From NCBI GenBank assembly GCA_038245905.1, contig JBBRRY010000007.1, positions 1 to 64,000 of the forward strand: a DNA stretch of 64,000 nt, written 5' to 3'. The stretch comes from Thermoanaerobaculia bacterium (GTDB taxonomy: Bacteria; Acidobacteriota; Thermoanaerobaculia; UBA5066). Below the pieces are notes generated by a model. It was not told the origin of the DNA. It did no database searches and saw only the letters and a program-made list of their open reading frames with translations. Both the position numbers and the translations under genes were made by a program. Of the stretch, positions 1-13,989 are shown one piece after another (the first letter of the stretch is position 1; every line of letters starts with the position of its first letter).

Positions 1-699
1 GCAGAGAAGCAGAAGCTGGTCGACCACGTTGCCGATTCTTTCCTCCGACGCCTCGATGATCGCGAAGCGGAGATCCTTGGCCGGGTATTCGATCCCGAAG
101 AAGTACTTCGCGATGCGGCCCTGCGGCGTCAGGAGCATGACACCGGTCGCGTGCGCGAACTGTTTCTGCTCGGCGTCCCAGACGTAGCGGAATCCCACGG
201 CTTTCGTGAGCGCCGCGACCGAGGCGGCGTCGCCCGTCAGGAAGTGCCAGCCTCCCGGGCCGCTCTTCCGGCCGTACTGCGCCATCACGGTGCGCTTCTT
301 CTCGGAGGCCATCTCGGACGTTTCCTTCGGGTCGAAGCTGACCGAGAGAATCTCGTAGTCGGTCCCGGGCTCGAAGCGGAGGGCTCGCACGCTGCGCACG
401 AGCCCATCCGTCGTCATGCCGCAGAGCATCGGGCAGTTGAAGTACACGAGCGACAGGACGACGGGCCGCTTCCCGAAGTACTGCGACAGTCGGACGTCCA
501 CCCCGGCTTCGTCCTTGAAGACGAGGTCGAGCGGGATCGATTCGCCGAGCTTCTGGTCGAAGCCGACTTCCTTGACGGGCGGGAGCGGCAGCGGCGCCTC
601 GGGGAGGTGCGGGTCGGACGTGCCCATGGCCGCGCCGGGAAGGCTCCCGCCCAGGAGAAGCGCGAGGAGAACCGCCGTCCGCAAAGAGAAGCGGCTCAC
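1..699 (-). CDS. SCO1/SenC family copper chaperone (3' end outside window)
   Basis: GTG at 699 overlaps the upstream stop (GTGA). Translation has VGFDQKLGESIPLDL, YFNCPMLC (CxxxC copper motif), WHFLTGD and FAHATG. It lies downstream of the ACIII genes. Confidence 0.85.
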   Translation of the reverse strand, partial: MSRFSLRTAVLLALLLGGSLPGAAMGTSDPHLPEAPLPLPPVKEVGFDQKLGESIPLDLVFKDEAGVDVRLSQYFGKRPVVLSLVYFNCPMLCGMTTDGLVRSVRALRFEPGTDYEILSVSFDPKETSEMASEKKRTVMAQYGRKSGPGGWHFLTGDAASVAALTKAVGFRYVWDAEQKQFAHATGVMLLTPQGRIAKYFFGIEYPAKDLRFAIIEASEERIGNVVDQLLLLC

Positions 700-1133
700 T
701 GCGGAGCCTCCGCGGGTGCGGGCGGTGGCATCGGCGGCGGCACGGGGAACCCGCGGGAGAGGACGATTTCCATCGCGCGCAGGGCCGGCACGCGGGCGAT
801 TCCTCTTCCCTTGTCGACCCACGCCCACCTTGCGAGCTCGAGGTCTTCGGCGGCGCGAAAGGCGGCCATATCGGCGGAGGGATTCCCCTGCAGGTTCGGC
901 CCGGGCGGGACGCGCGTCTCGCGGGCCTCGGCGAGCGCGGCGGGGGCGGGGTCCTTCTTCAGGAGCGAGCCCTTGACGAACGTCGCGACGCCCCACGTGA
1001 AGCCGAGCACAACGAGAAGCACGACCACGAGGCCGACGATGATGCTCATGAGGCCGCGGAAGTCGATCTCGCGGTCCACCGGTCCGCCGGTGCTTTCCGG
1101 AGCGGGTGGATCGTGCCGGTCAGTCATGCGCAT
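696..1133 (-). CDS. Small single-TM membrane protein of the ACIII operon (ActG-like)
   Basis: 145-aa ORF with one TM helix, PPGPNLQ and WVDKGRGIARVP motifs. It sits between actF and SCO with overlapping ends. Confidence 0.7.
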   Translation of the reverse strand: MRMTDRHDPPAPESTGGPVDREIDFRGLMSIIVGLVVVLLVVLGFTWGVATFVKGSLLKKDPAPAALAEARETRVPPGPNLQGNPSADMAAFRAAEDLELARWAWVDKGRGIARVPALRAMEIVLSRGFPVPPPMPPPAPAEAPQ

Positions 1134-2310
1134 GCACCTCGAGCGCGACGGGGAGGGCCGGATCGTTCATGGGAAGGAGAGACCGGGCGGAGAGCTGGCG
1201 CGCGAAAGCGAACAGCCAGAGGCCGAAGAGGGCGACGGGCGTCGTCAAGTCCAGCCAGTGGACCGCGAGCTTTCCGGGGTGGAACGCCGGCGCGACGAGC
1301 CAGAAGAGGTCGACCCACCGCATGAAGAGGAGGAGACCCGCGATCCAGACGAGCCTTCCGATGTCACGCTTGAAGTTCCGCGACAGGAGGAAGGCGAAGG
1401 GCACGGCGAAATGGAGGAGCGCGAGGGCAAGCGACACGGCGCCCCATCCGCCCGTGAGCCGGTCGTGAAAAAAGCCGATCTCTTCCGGCAGGTTGCCGGA
1501 CCAGATGATGAGGAACTGCGAGAGCGCGAAGTACGCCCAGAGCATCGTGAACGCGAGCAGGAGCTTGCCGTGGTCGTGGACGTGGCGGGGCTGGAGGATG
1601 CCCACCATCGGACCCCGTCGTACGAGAAAGAGGGAGACGAGAAGCGTGAACGCGAGACCCGAGATTGCCTGGCCCCCGACGATGTACACGCCGTAGATCG
1701 AAGAGTACCAGTGCGGGTCGAGCGACATGAGGAGGTCGATCGAGAGGATCGTGACGAGGAGGCAGTAGAGGGCGAGGCCCGGCGCCGAGACGAGCTGCAT
1801 TCGCCGCTCGAGGCCCGGTTCGGGAGCGTCGTCCTGTTTCTTCGACATCCGGCTCAGCGTCTCCGCGAAGAGCGCGCAGAGGAGGAGGCAGACGGCGACG
1901 CGGATCGCGAACCCCGTAGGATTCATGTAGGCGGAGCGGTGGCGGAGGATCTCGTCGGCGGCGACACGGGCGGGATCGGCCCACGGATAGAGGTGCCGCA
2001 GCCCGAAGAGGAGCGGCACCGCGAAGAGCGCGACGAGCGGAATCGTCCTCGAGGACGCCTCGAGGATGCGCCGGATCACGAGGCCCCAGGCGCCGCCCGA
2101 CAGGTGGTGAAGCATCAGGATCGCGAGGCTTCCGAGCGCGACTCCGAGGACGAGCGCGAACGCGACGAGGTACGAGCGATAGAACTGCGCCGGGTTCGTC
2201 GCAAGGCCGATGAGCGAGACGACGGCGAACAGTGCACCGACTACGAGGCCGCGCCGCCCGAGGGCGGCAAGATCGGCAGCTGGCGGGGGGACGGCGCGGG
2301 ATTCGGTCAT
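1120..2310 (-). CDS. actF: Alternative complex III subunit ActF
   Basis: Polytopic membrane protein with LMSLDPHWYSSIYG and WAYFALSQFLIIWSGNLPEE; operon order. Confidence 0.9.
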   Translation of the reverse strand: MTESRAVPPPAADLAALGRRGLVVGALFAVVSLIGLATNPAQFYRSYLVAFALVLGVALGSLAILMLHHLSGGAWGLVIRRILEASSRTIPLVALFAVPLLFGLRHLYPWADPARVAADEILRHRSAYMNPTGFAIRVAVCLLLCALFAETLSRMSKKQDDAPEPGLERRMQLVSAPGLALYCLLVTILSIDLLMSLDPHWYSSIYGVYIVGGQAISGLAFTLLVSLFLVRRGPMVGILQPRHVHDHGKLLLAFTMLWAYFALSQFLIIWSGNLPEEIGFFHDRLTGGWGAVSLALALLHFAVPFAFLLSRNFKRDIGRLVWIAGLLLFMRWVDLFWLVAPAFHPGKLAVHWLDLTTPVALFGLWLFAFARQLSARSLLPMNDPALPVALEVHAHD

Positions 2311-2957
2311 TTTGTTTCGGAGGAAGAAAGAGAAGATTTCTTAGAAGGGGAAGAGGTATCGGACCCGGTCCCGGTGCCGAGCATCACGTTGTCCAGAGCC
2401 TCCTGATCTTCCTTTCTAAGAAAATCCCCGGGCATGTGGTGGGAGGCCTGCAGCGTGCGGATCCAGGCGACGATCGCCCATCGGTCCTCGGGAGGAACCT
2501 GCGCGGCATAGCTCGACATCTGCCCGAAGCCGTTCGTCATAACGTCGAAGAAGTAGCCCGCGCGCTCGGACCTCAGGCGGTCGATGTGGTAGGACATCGG
2601 CCGTTTGAAGCCGCGCTGCACGATCATGCCCTGTCCCTCGCCGGTACGGCCGTGGCAGGGCGAGCAGTAGATGTTGAAGCGCTCCTGTCCGCGAAGTAGG
2701 AGCGCACGCGTGATCGCCACCGGGATTTTCTCGACGAACTTTCCGTCCAGCCCCTGTCCGCGGGAAAGAGCGGCGTCCTCACGGAGGAAGCCGCGGGCGA
2801 CGGTGCCCTCGGGCAGGGCGCGGGCGGAGGCGCCGTCCGCGAAAAACGTGCTCTCGCGGAAGGGTTTGATCTTGGCCTGGTGGTGCATGTCGTTACGGCA
2901 CCCGCCGAGGGCCAGCGCGAGAACGAGCGCCGCGAAAAGGACGCGCGCGAACCGCAT
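2307..2957 (-). CDS. actE: ACIII monoheme cytochrome c lipoprotein ActE
   Basis: ATG at 2957 (MRFARVLF), lipobox LGGC, CSPCH heme motif, GFGQMSSYA and DRWAIVAWIRTLQ. Confidence 0.9.
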   Translation of the reverse strand: MRFARVLFAALVLALALGGCRNDMHHQAKIKPFRESTFFADGASARALPEGTVARGFLREDAALSRGQGLDGKFVEKIPVAITRALLLRGQERFNIYCSPCHGRTGEGQGMIVQRGFKRPMSYHIDRLRSERAGYFFDVMTNGFGQMSSYAAQVPPEDRWAIVAWIRTLQASHHMPGDFLRKEDQEALDNVMLGTGTGSDTSSPSKKSSLSSSETK

Positions 2958-3570
2958 CAGTCCTCCACGTCCGAGACGTGGCTGCCGCCGAGCGTCTCCA
3001 TGAAGCGGTAGGTATCGCCGGCGCGAAAGCGCGGGTCCCGCGCCAGGATCATGAGGAAGAAGCGGTCGCGCGACGCGAGCTGGAAGCGCGGCACCGAGAA
3101 AACCGGGTGGTACGGCATCGGCAGCCCGTTCAGGACGAGCATGCCGAGGACCGCCGCGATGCCCGCGAAGAGAATCGTGCACTCGAACGTGATCGGGATG
3201 AACGACACCCAGCTGTTGTACGGGCGCCCGCCGATGTTGAGCGGGTAGTCGACCACCGAGGTCCAGTACTGCAGTCCGAAACCGAAGAGGGCGCCGACGA
3301 TCCCGCCCAGGAGGACGAGAAGAGGCACCCGCGACGGGCCGTGCCCGATCGCGTCGTTCAGCTCCTCGATCGGGTAAGGCGTGTAGGCCTCCACGACCTG
3401 ATAGCCCTCCTTGCGGGTCGCGTGGACCGCGCGGAGCAGCTCTTCCGCTTTCGCGAACTCGGCGATCACGCCGTAGAGATGCGCCGGCAGCTCGCCGCCG
3501 GCGACGCGCGGCCCCGGCGTTCCGAACTCGGGCTTGACTCCGCGCGCGAAGAGGCGGGAGAGCAGGCGCT

Positions 3571-3574
<4 letters not shown>
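2957..3574 (-). CDS. actD: ACIII subunit ActD (DUF3341)
   Basis: EAYTPYPIEEL, YPLNIGGRPYNSW and FIPITFE motifs; position in operon. Confidence 0.9.
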
Positions 3575-4939
<1,365 letters not shown>

Positions 4940-4953
<14 letters not shown>

Positions 4954-7849
4954 TCGGGTTCGTCAGCTTCGCGAGATACGTGGTTCTGGGGCGGGTGTTC
5001 AGCTCTTCCAGCAATCCGTAGTTGAGCTGCTCGGCCTTCAGCTTCGCGACCTTCGAGGCCGGATCGTTGATGTCGCCGAAGACGAGCGCTTCCGTCGGGC
5101 ACACCTGCTGGCAGGCGGTGACGATCTCGCCGTCGCGGAGGGGCCGATTCTCCTTCTCGGCGTCGATTCGCGCGCGATTCACGCGCTGGATGCAGTAGTT
5201 GCACTTCTCCATGACGCCGCGCTGGCGGACCGTGACGTTCGGGTTCGCGAGAAGCGTGAGGACCGGGAGGTGCTTGTCCCCGTTGTAGTCGAGGAAATTG
5301 AAGCGCCGCACCTTGTATGGGCAGTTGTTCGAACAGTACCGGGTGCCGATACAGCGGTTGTAGGTCATCTCGTTGATGCCTTCCTCGCTGTGTGTCGTCG
5401 CGCCCACCGGACACACGACCTCGCAGGGGGCCTGCTCGCAGTGCATGCACATGACGGGCTGGTTGTGGACCTCGGGATTCTCGGGGGAACCCTCGTAGTA
5501 GCGGTCGATGCGGATCCAGTGCATCTCGCGGCCGCGCCGCACCTGATCCTTGCCGACCGTCGGGATGTTGTTTTCCGACTGGCACGCCACGGCGCAGGCG
5601 TTGCAGCCCGTGCAGGACGACAGGTTGACGGCGAGACCCCAGGCGTGCTGGCCGTACTTGTAGCCCGGGTACATGCTGATCGCCGGGACTTCCTCGAGCT
5701 TGCGGGCGAATTTCGGGTCCTTCCTGTATTCCTCGAACGTGCCCGTCCGGACGAGGTGGCGCCCCTCCATGTTGAAGTGGTGCTGCGTCGTCGCGAGCTC
5801 GTATGTGCCGCCCGCCTTCTGAACCCCGGCGGACGCGACCCAGAGGCCCGCGGCCGCGCGCAGGCGGTAGGCGTTCACGCCGGTGCCGTTGCCGACGCGG
5901 CCCGCGCGCGTGCGGCCGTAGCCGAGGTGCAGCGTCACGACGTCGTCGGGCTGGCCGGGCAGGATCCAGACGGGCGCCGCGAGGGCCGCGCCGCCCACGG
6001 CGATCCGCACGAGGTCCTCGTTCTTGACGCCGAGCCTCTTCGCGGTTCCTTCGCTCACGTGCGCGGCGTTGTCCCAGGTGAGCTTCGTCAGCGGCTTCGG
6101 AACTTCCTGCAGCCACCCGTTGTTCGCGAAGCGGCCGTCGAACAGCCCCGAGTCCGGCCGGAAGACGATCTCGAGGCCGTCCGCCGACGTCCCACCGACA
6201 GGCGTCGGAGCGGGAACGCTCGCCTTCGGTCTCAAGGCCCGCGCCGGCAGCGCGCTCCCCGCGACGAATCCGTCGTGAAGCGACTTCCGGAAGAAGGCGT
6301 CGAAGCCCTCCGGATGCTGCTTCTGCCAGTGCGCCTTGACGAGGTCGAGGCCCTTCGCCGCGGGTTGGCCGAGGGCCGCGGCGAGCACCTCGAGCGCCGA
6401 CTTTCCGCCGTACAGGGGCTCGATGAGGGGTTGAAGAATCGTGACGGTGCCGTCGAAGGCGCGGGCGTCGCCCCAGGCCTCGAGCTCGTGCGCCTCGTTC
6501 ACGTGCCACTGGCAGTACTGACTCGTCTCGTCGTCGTAGAGGCCCAGTCGTGCGCGGAACGCCACCTTCTGAAGCGCCTCGACGAAGCCGAGGTCGTGGG
6601 GCGCGTCGAAGGCCGGGTTGCCACCGAGGACGAGGAGCGTGTCGACCTTGCCCGCCTTCATGTCCTGGACGAGAGACGCGAGCGACGCGAGCTGATCGAC
6701 GGGCTCGGCTTCGACGGGGTCGGTCACGAGGACCGTGGCGCCGAGACTTCCGAGAGCGTCGTTGAGAACGTGCGCCACCGCGTGGACGTCGGCGGGTGCG
6801 TGCTCGCCGGGAATCACGAGGCCGCGGCCGGGGTGCGCCTTGAGGTCGGCCGCGATCGCGGCGACCCAGGGGAAGCGCGGGTCCGCGGAGCCGCCAAGAG
6901 CGGCGGCAGAGAGGGCCGCGGACGCGGCGTGGAGCTGCGAGGGCCTCAGGGAGATGCGGTGGTCGGCGAGCGCCCCGGAGCTGGTGGGCGTCGTTTCGAT
7001 CGCATAGTAGCGAGGGGGCGCCCCGCCTCCCGTCGCCGCCTCTCGCCGGCGCCTTGCGAATGCGCGGGCGTTCGCGAGCGAGCCGGGGCCGAACGTGAAC
7101 GGATCGGCGTCCAGCGACACCACGACGTCGGCATTTACGAAGTCGTAACGGATCTCGACCGGCTCGCCGAACGCGAGGCGCCCTCCCGCCCGGACGGCGT
7201 CGCGTCCCGCGGGCTCCCACTGGTGCCAGCGCGCTTTTGGGAGGACGAGGAGCAGCTCCCGGATCTTCGCGGCCAGCGCCGGCGAGGTGACCGTGGGCGT
7301 GAGAAGGCGGAATCCCTCTCCGCCGATCGCCCGGCTCGTCTGGACGCGCGCATGAAGCTCGTCGCTGAAGACCGGCCACGTGCGGATCTGGCCGAGCTTC
7401 GTGATCGTCTGCGACCGGTCGGGGTCGTAGATCGAGAGGATCGAGGCCTGCGCGAAGATGTCCGTCGCGCCGAGGCTCGCGGGATGCTGCGGGTTTCCCT
7501 CCACCTTCGTCGGCCGGCCCGTATTGCTCTCGACGAGGATGCCGGTGGCGTAGCCCCCCAGCGTGAAGCCGGTCGCGAAGAAGAGGGGGCGGCCCGGAAC
7601 GAGCTCCTCGGGTTGCTTCACATACGGGACGAGGCCCTCCCGCGGCTGCTTCACGCATGCGGTGAGGCCGGCGAGAGCGAGCGAGGCGGCCGAGAGCTCG
7701 AGGAATCTCCGGCGACTGACGCCGTCGTCGTCGCCGTCCCACTCGGAGGCGAAGCGGGGGAACTCACGCCCGAGCATCTCCTCGAACTCCGGAGTCCCGG
7801 CGTACTCCTCGAGGCTGCGCCAGTAGTCGGGACCGTCGAGTGTCTTCAT
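4940..7849 (-). CDS. actB: ACIII subunit ActB (molybdopterin oxidoreductase-like domain fused to Fe-S domain)
   Basis: ATG at 7849 (MKTLDGPDYWRSLEE), Tat motif SRRRFL, C-terminal CTGCNAC, CMHC, CIGTRYCSNNCPY and MEKCNYC Fe-S motifs. Confidence 0.95.
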
Positions 7850-8502
7850 CTGTGGCACGTGCTGCAGTTCGTGAGCGCGATCGTCGACCGGAGGTGATTT
7901 TCTTTCACGAGCTCCCTTCCGAGCGTGTCCTGATCGGCGGCGACCCAGGCGAGATCGAAGATCTTGTCCTTCGGCCGCAGGAACTTTTCGGGATTGCGGT
8001 GGCAGGCGAGGCACCACTCCATCTGGAGCGACGGGTACTGCGCCGTGAGGCGCATCTTGTCGATGCGGCCATGGCAGGAGGCGCAGCCGACGCCCTTCGC
8101 CACGTGAATGCTGTGATCGAAGTAGACGAAATCGGGAAGGTCGTACACCTTCCGCCAGTTCAGGGGCTTTCCCGTGCGGAAGCTCTCGCGCACGGGCGCG
8201 AGCATCGGGCTGTCGTTCCAGATGAGCTTGTGGCAGTTCATGCAGGTCGCCGTCGGCGGAATGCCGGCCGAGGCGCTCTTCTCGACGGAAGAATGACAGT
8301 AGCGGCAGTCTATGCCGAGGCCCGAAACGTGGTGCTCGTGGCCGAACGGTACCGGCTGCTTCACCGTGACGCCCTGGTTCGTGTTGTAAGCCGAGCGGTT
8401 CAGGATGGAGGCGGCCCACCCGACGCCCGCGAGGATGAACACGGCGCCCCAGATCGAGATGCGGGCGATCGCGTTCGTACTCCGATTGAAAATCTGTGAC
8501 AT
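7846..8502 (-). CDS. actA: ACIII pentaheme cytochrome c ActA
   Basis: ATG at 8502 (MSQIFNRS), N-terminal TM, five CxxCH motifs (CRYCH, CMNCH, CASCH, CLACH, CSTCH). Confidence 0.95.
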   Translation of the reverse strand: MSQIFNRSTNAIARISIWGAVFILAGVGWAASILNRSAYNTNQGVTVKQPVPFGHEHHVSGLGIDCRYCHSSVEKSASAGIPPTATCMNCHKLIWNDSPMLAPVRESFRTGKPLNWRKVYDLPDFVYFDHSIHVAKGVGCASCHGRIDKMRLTAQYPSLQMEWCLACHRNPEKFLRPKDKIFDLAWVAADQDTLGRELVKENHLRSTIALTNCSTCHR

Positions 8503-8608
8503 TCGCTCTCGAGTCTCTTTTGAAGGCGGGAATTTACCAGATCGTCCACATCTGTGTTCGCTACGACACCGATCCGCTCCGGGGATTCCGCGCGCTCTAG
8601 AATCACCC

Positions 8609-10312
8609 GTGCCTTCCCTCTTTCGCCGCGGCCGCACCGTCGCCGCCACGGTCTTCCTCGCCGTTCTCATCGTCCGGGCGGCGTATCTCCTTTCCCTGGC
8701 CCGGACGCCCCTCGCGCTCTGGCACCTCTGGTCGGAGACGGACGAGTGGGGATACGTCGACTGGTCGGCACACCTCGCGGCCGGCAATTGGCGCGATGTC
8801 CCGGCATGGCGGTCGTATTTTTCCTGGCAGGCGGGATACGGCTCGCCGGAGGTCTGGGACGGCTGGTACCAGAAGAACGCGTATTTTTCGGGGCCGCTTT
8901 ATCCGTACGGCCTCGCGGCGCTGCGGCTCGTGTTCGGCTCGCCCGTGTGGCCGGCGAGAATTCTCCAGCTCCTCCTCGCCTGTGTGGCGAGCGCCGTTCT
9001 CGCCATCGCTGTTTTCGGATTAGGAGAAGACTTTCTTAGAAAGGGAGGTGGGGAAGGGAATCCTGGGCGCGGGCCGGCCGTCGCGGCGGTTCTGGCCGGC
9101 GCTTTCTACGGGCTCTACGGCCCGCTCGTCTTCCACGACGGCTTCCTGCTGCGCGACGGCCCGGTCGCGCACCTTTCGACGCTTCTCCTCGTGTGGCCGC
9201 TGATCGCGCGGGCGAGGTTCGAAGAGAACAAGAAGACTTCTTCCGCGCTCTTTCTCGGGCTTCTCGGCGGCCTAGCGATTCTGCTGAAGCAGACGGTGGC
9301 CCCCCTGGCGCTCGCGTCTCTCTATTGCTTCTCTTCTTCCTCACTTTCAAAGAAGTCCCCGGGCGGCGGCGGACGCCGCCGCTCTCTCGCTCTCGGCCTT
9401 CTCGGTCTCGCTCTTCCCGTCTCGGTCCTCTGTATTCGGAACATCTCCGCCGGCGTGCCGCCGCTGACGTTCGACACGCGGCAGGCCATCGGCCTCGTGT
9501 GGGGAAACGCGGAAGGGGCCGACGGCTCGACCAGCTCGCCCGCCTCGATGGGGGAGATCCTGGCCGAGGCCAGGGGCTCGACGCTGCAGGCGGCGCGCCT
9601 CGTGCTCGAGGGCTATCGTGAGGCGCCGCTCGATCTCCCGAAGCTCTGGCTGAAGAAGTTCGCGACGTTCTGGAACGCGTTCGAGGTGCCGGACAACGCG
9701 AATTACTATTTTTTTCGGGATCGGCTGAGAGTACTTCGCCTCCTGCCCGTTTTTCCATGCCTCCTCGGAGTTGGGGTCATTGGCTTCGGAGCGGCGCTCA
9801 CGCGCCGCTTGCTTAGAAGGGACGAAGAGCTGCTGGTCCTCGTCGGGATTCTCACTCCGCTGGCGGCATGCCTTCTCGTTCAGACGACCTCCCGCTATCG
9901 TGCGGCGATGGCCGGGCCGTTGGCCCTCGGTGCGGGTCTTTTCTTCCTCTTCACAATCGAAGAAATGCGCCGACGCCGGATACGAGACTTTTTCATTTTG
10001 GCTGCGACCGCGGGTGCACTCTCGCTCGTTCCTCTCCTCCCCTCGACGATTCCCGCCGGGCACCACCGCTTCGCGGACACTCTCGTGTACGCGACGCTCG
10101 TCGAGGCGAAGGTGTCACCGGCCGCGGGGGCGGCAGAGGTCGATCGCTACCTCGCCGAAGGTATGGACGACCGGGACCGCGACACGGGGGTCGGAGCGGC
10201 CCGCCTGTGGCTGGAATCCGGCGACCGCTCGAACATCGGCCTCATGCCGGAGGGCGTCGCGCCGCCGGAGGGGCGATACAAAAAGGCCCCGGCGTCTCCG
10301 GGGCCCTCTTAA
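8609..10312 (+). CDS. Polytopic membrane glycosyltransferase (GT-C fold, ArnT/PMT-like)
   Basis: GTG at 8609 just after TAGAAT. TM followed by a DE motif (TDEWGY), GPLYPY, WNAFEVPDN and SRYR; many TM segments. Confidence 0.65.
   Translation: MPSLFRRGRTVAATVFLAVLIVRAAYLLSLARTPLALWHLWSETDEWGYVDWSAHLAAGNWRDVPAWRSYFSWQAGYGSPEVWDGWYQKNAYFSGPLYPYGLAALRLVFGSPVWPARILQLLLACVASAVLAIAVFGLGEDFLRKGGGEGNPGRGPAVAAVLAGAFYGLYGPLVFHDGFLLRDGPVAHLSTLLLVWPLIARARFEENKKTSSALFLGLLGGLAILLKQTVAPLALASLYCFSSSSLSKKSPGGGGRRRSLALGLLGLALPVSVLCIRNISAGVPPLTFDTRQAIGLVWGNAEGADGSTSSPASMGEILAEARGSTLQAARLVLEGYREAPLDLPKLWLKKFATFWNAFEVPDNANYYFFRDRLRVLRLLPVFPCLLGVGVIGFGAALTRRLLRRDEELLVLVGILTPLAACLLVQTTSRYRAAMAGPLALGAGLFFLFTIEEMRRRRIRDFFILAATAGALSLVPLLPSTIPAGHHRFADTLVYATLVEAKVSPAAGAAEVDRYLAEGMDDRDRDTGVGAARLWLESGDRSNIGLMPEGVAPPEGRYKKAPASPGPS
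10280..10305 (-). terminator. Intrinsic terminator for pnp
   Basis: Perfect 8-bp stem GGCCCCGG/CCGGGGCC (10285-10305) with 5-nt loop, followed on the minus strand by T5; 35 nt past the pnp stop. Confidence 0.7.
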
Positions 10313-10339
10313 CCTTCTAAGAAAATATTCTTTTCTTCT

Positions 10340-12592
<2,253 letters not shown>

Positions 12593-12691
12593 GGGACGAT
12601 TCCTTTCGACGTGGCCCGGCCCGGCGCGCACGTGAAAGCCGGCCGCGGAATGCGGGCCGGGACGTGCCGCCGAAACGTGAGGGAAGAGAGA

Positions 12692-12961
12692 CTACTTGCG
12701 CAGTCCGAGGCGTTCGATCAGGGCGCGGTACCGCTCTGTATCGCGTCTCTTCACGTAATCGAGCAGGCGCCGCCGCCGGCCGACCATCTGGAGGAGCCCC
12801 CTCCGGGAATGATGGTCCTTGGCGTGGGCCTTGAAGTGCTCGGTCAGCTCGGAGATGCGCTTCGAGAGAAGGGCGACCTGGACCTCGGGGGATCCAGTGT
12901 CGCCTTCATGGCGCCGGTAGCTGGTGATCGTTTCCGCTTTCTTCGTGGTGAGCTGGGCCAA
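12692..12961 (-). CDS. rpsO: 30S ribosomal protein S15
   Basis: 89 aa with [12 protein letters not shown] and [10 protein letters not shown]; TTG start preceded by AAGGA. Confidence 0.98.
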   Translation of the reverse strand: MAQLTTKKAETITSYRRHEGDTGSPEVQVALLSKRISELTEHFKAHAKDHHSRRGLLQMVGRRRRLLDYVKRRDTERYRALIERLGLRK

Positions 12962-13003
12962 TTTCTTTTTTTCCTTGTGCGTCTCTAATTTTTCAGCCGT
13001 TGG

Positions 13004-13032
13004 AGTTTACCGGGACGATTCCCGTGCGTCAA
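13004..13032 (-). promoter_or_regulatory. Sigma70-type promoter for rpsO-pnp
   Basis: TTGACG (13032-13027), 17-nt spacer, TAAACT (13009-13004). Confidence 0.75.
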
Positions 13033-13035
13033 ACG

Positions 13036-13989
13036 TCACTCCCCGAGGACGATTTTTGGGCGCGCGAGCGCGAGGACACCCTTGCCGAGGGGCTCGAGGA
13101 GGCCGAGGGCGAGAAGCTCGCCGTCCGCGGTGAGGCGGACGAACGCCGAAGTCGTGACACCCATAGCGCCCGTCGCCTCCCTCGGGACCCTCACGGGAAC
13201 GGCATGGCCGCTCCTCACCTTAGCGGCTTCGGCCGCGGCGAGGGGGACCTCCGGGAACGGGAGCGGAACCTCGGAGAGGGAGAGCCAGTGGGGCTTCTTC
13301 ATGCGATCTTCGGGCGCCATCGCCTCGAGCTCCGGGAGCGTCTTCGCGTCCTCGAGCCGGAAGGGCCCGATCAGAGTGCGCCTCAGTGATGCCAGGTGCG
13401 CTCCGAAACCGAGTGCTTTCCCGACGTCGTGCGCGAGCGAGCGGATGTACGTGCCCGAAGTGCAAGAGACGCGGAAGCTCGCGACGTCGCCCTCGAGCGA
13501 AAGGACCGTGAACTCACGCACGGTGACGGTCTTGGGGAGGTCCGGCACGGGCTCTCCCTTCCGCGCCAGCTCGTAGAACTTCTTGCCGCCGATCTTCTTC
13601 GCCGAGAACGGCGGCGGCGACTGCTGGATTTCTCCGGTGAAAGAGCGGCACGCTTCCTCGAGGAGCGCGCGGTCCGGGCGGGGATCGGGATGCGGCTCGC
13701 CGGCGGGCGTCCCCTCCGTGTCGTAGGTGTCCGTCGCGATGCCGAAGCGGATCGTGCCCTCGTAGGTTTTCTCGAAGCCCGTGAGAAACGACTGGAGCCG
13801 CCCCGCGCGGCCGACGCAAAGGACGAGGAGCCCGGTCGCCGCGGGATCGAGCGTCCCCGTGTGGCCGATCCGGCGGGTCCCGAGGAGGCGTCGCGCGACG
13901 TCGACGACGTCGTGGGACGTGATTTTCGCCGGCTTGTCGACGAGGAGAATCCCGGAGGGCCCGTCCGCGCGCGACGGGGAAGGGGTCAC
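13036..13989 (-). CDS. truB: tRNA pseudouridine(55) synthase
   Basis: LVDKP..TSHDVV, GHTGTLDPAATG and CTSGTYIRSLA motifs. Confidence 0.97.
   Translation of the reverse strand: MTPSPSRADGPSGILLVDKPAKITSHDVVDVARRLLGTRRIGHTGTLDPAATGLLVLCVGRAGRLQSFLTGFEKTYEGTIRFGIATDTYDTEGTPAGEPHPDPRPDRALLEEACRSFTGEIQQSPPPFSAKKIGGKKFYELARKGEPVPDLPKTVTVREFTVLSLEGDVASFRVSCTSGTYIRSLAHDVGKALGFGAHLASLRRTLIGPFRLEDAKTLPELEAMAPEDRMKKPHWLSLSEVPLPFPEVPLAAAEAAKVRSGHAVPVRVPREATGAMGVTTSAFVRLTADGELLALGLLEPLGKGVLALARPKIVLGE

Noticed and set aside
151-2406. Long ORFs antisense or frame-shifted to real genes (e.g. 151-2406, 4925-7897, 10652-12988, 36264-39440, 56211-58562)
   Set aside because: Shadow ORFs expected at high GC. 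They overlap genes with clear family motifs and have Arg/Gly/Pro-rich, motif-free translations.
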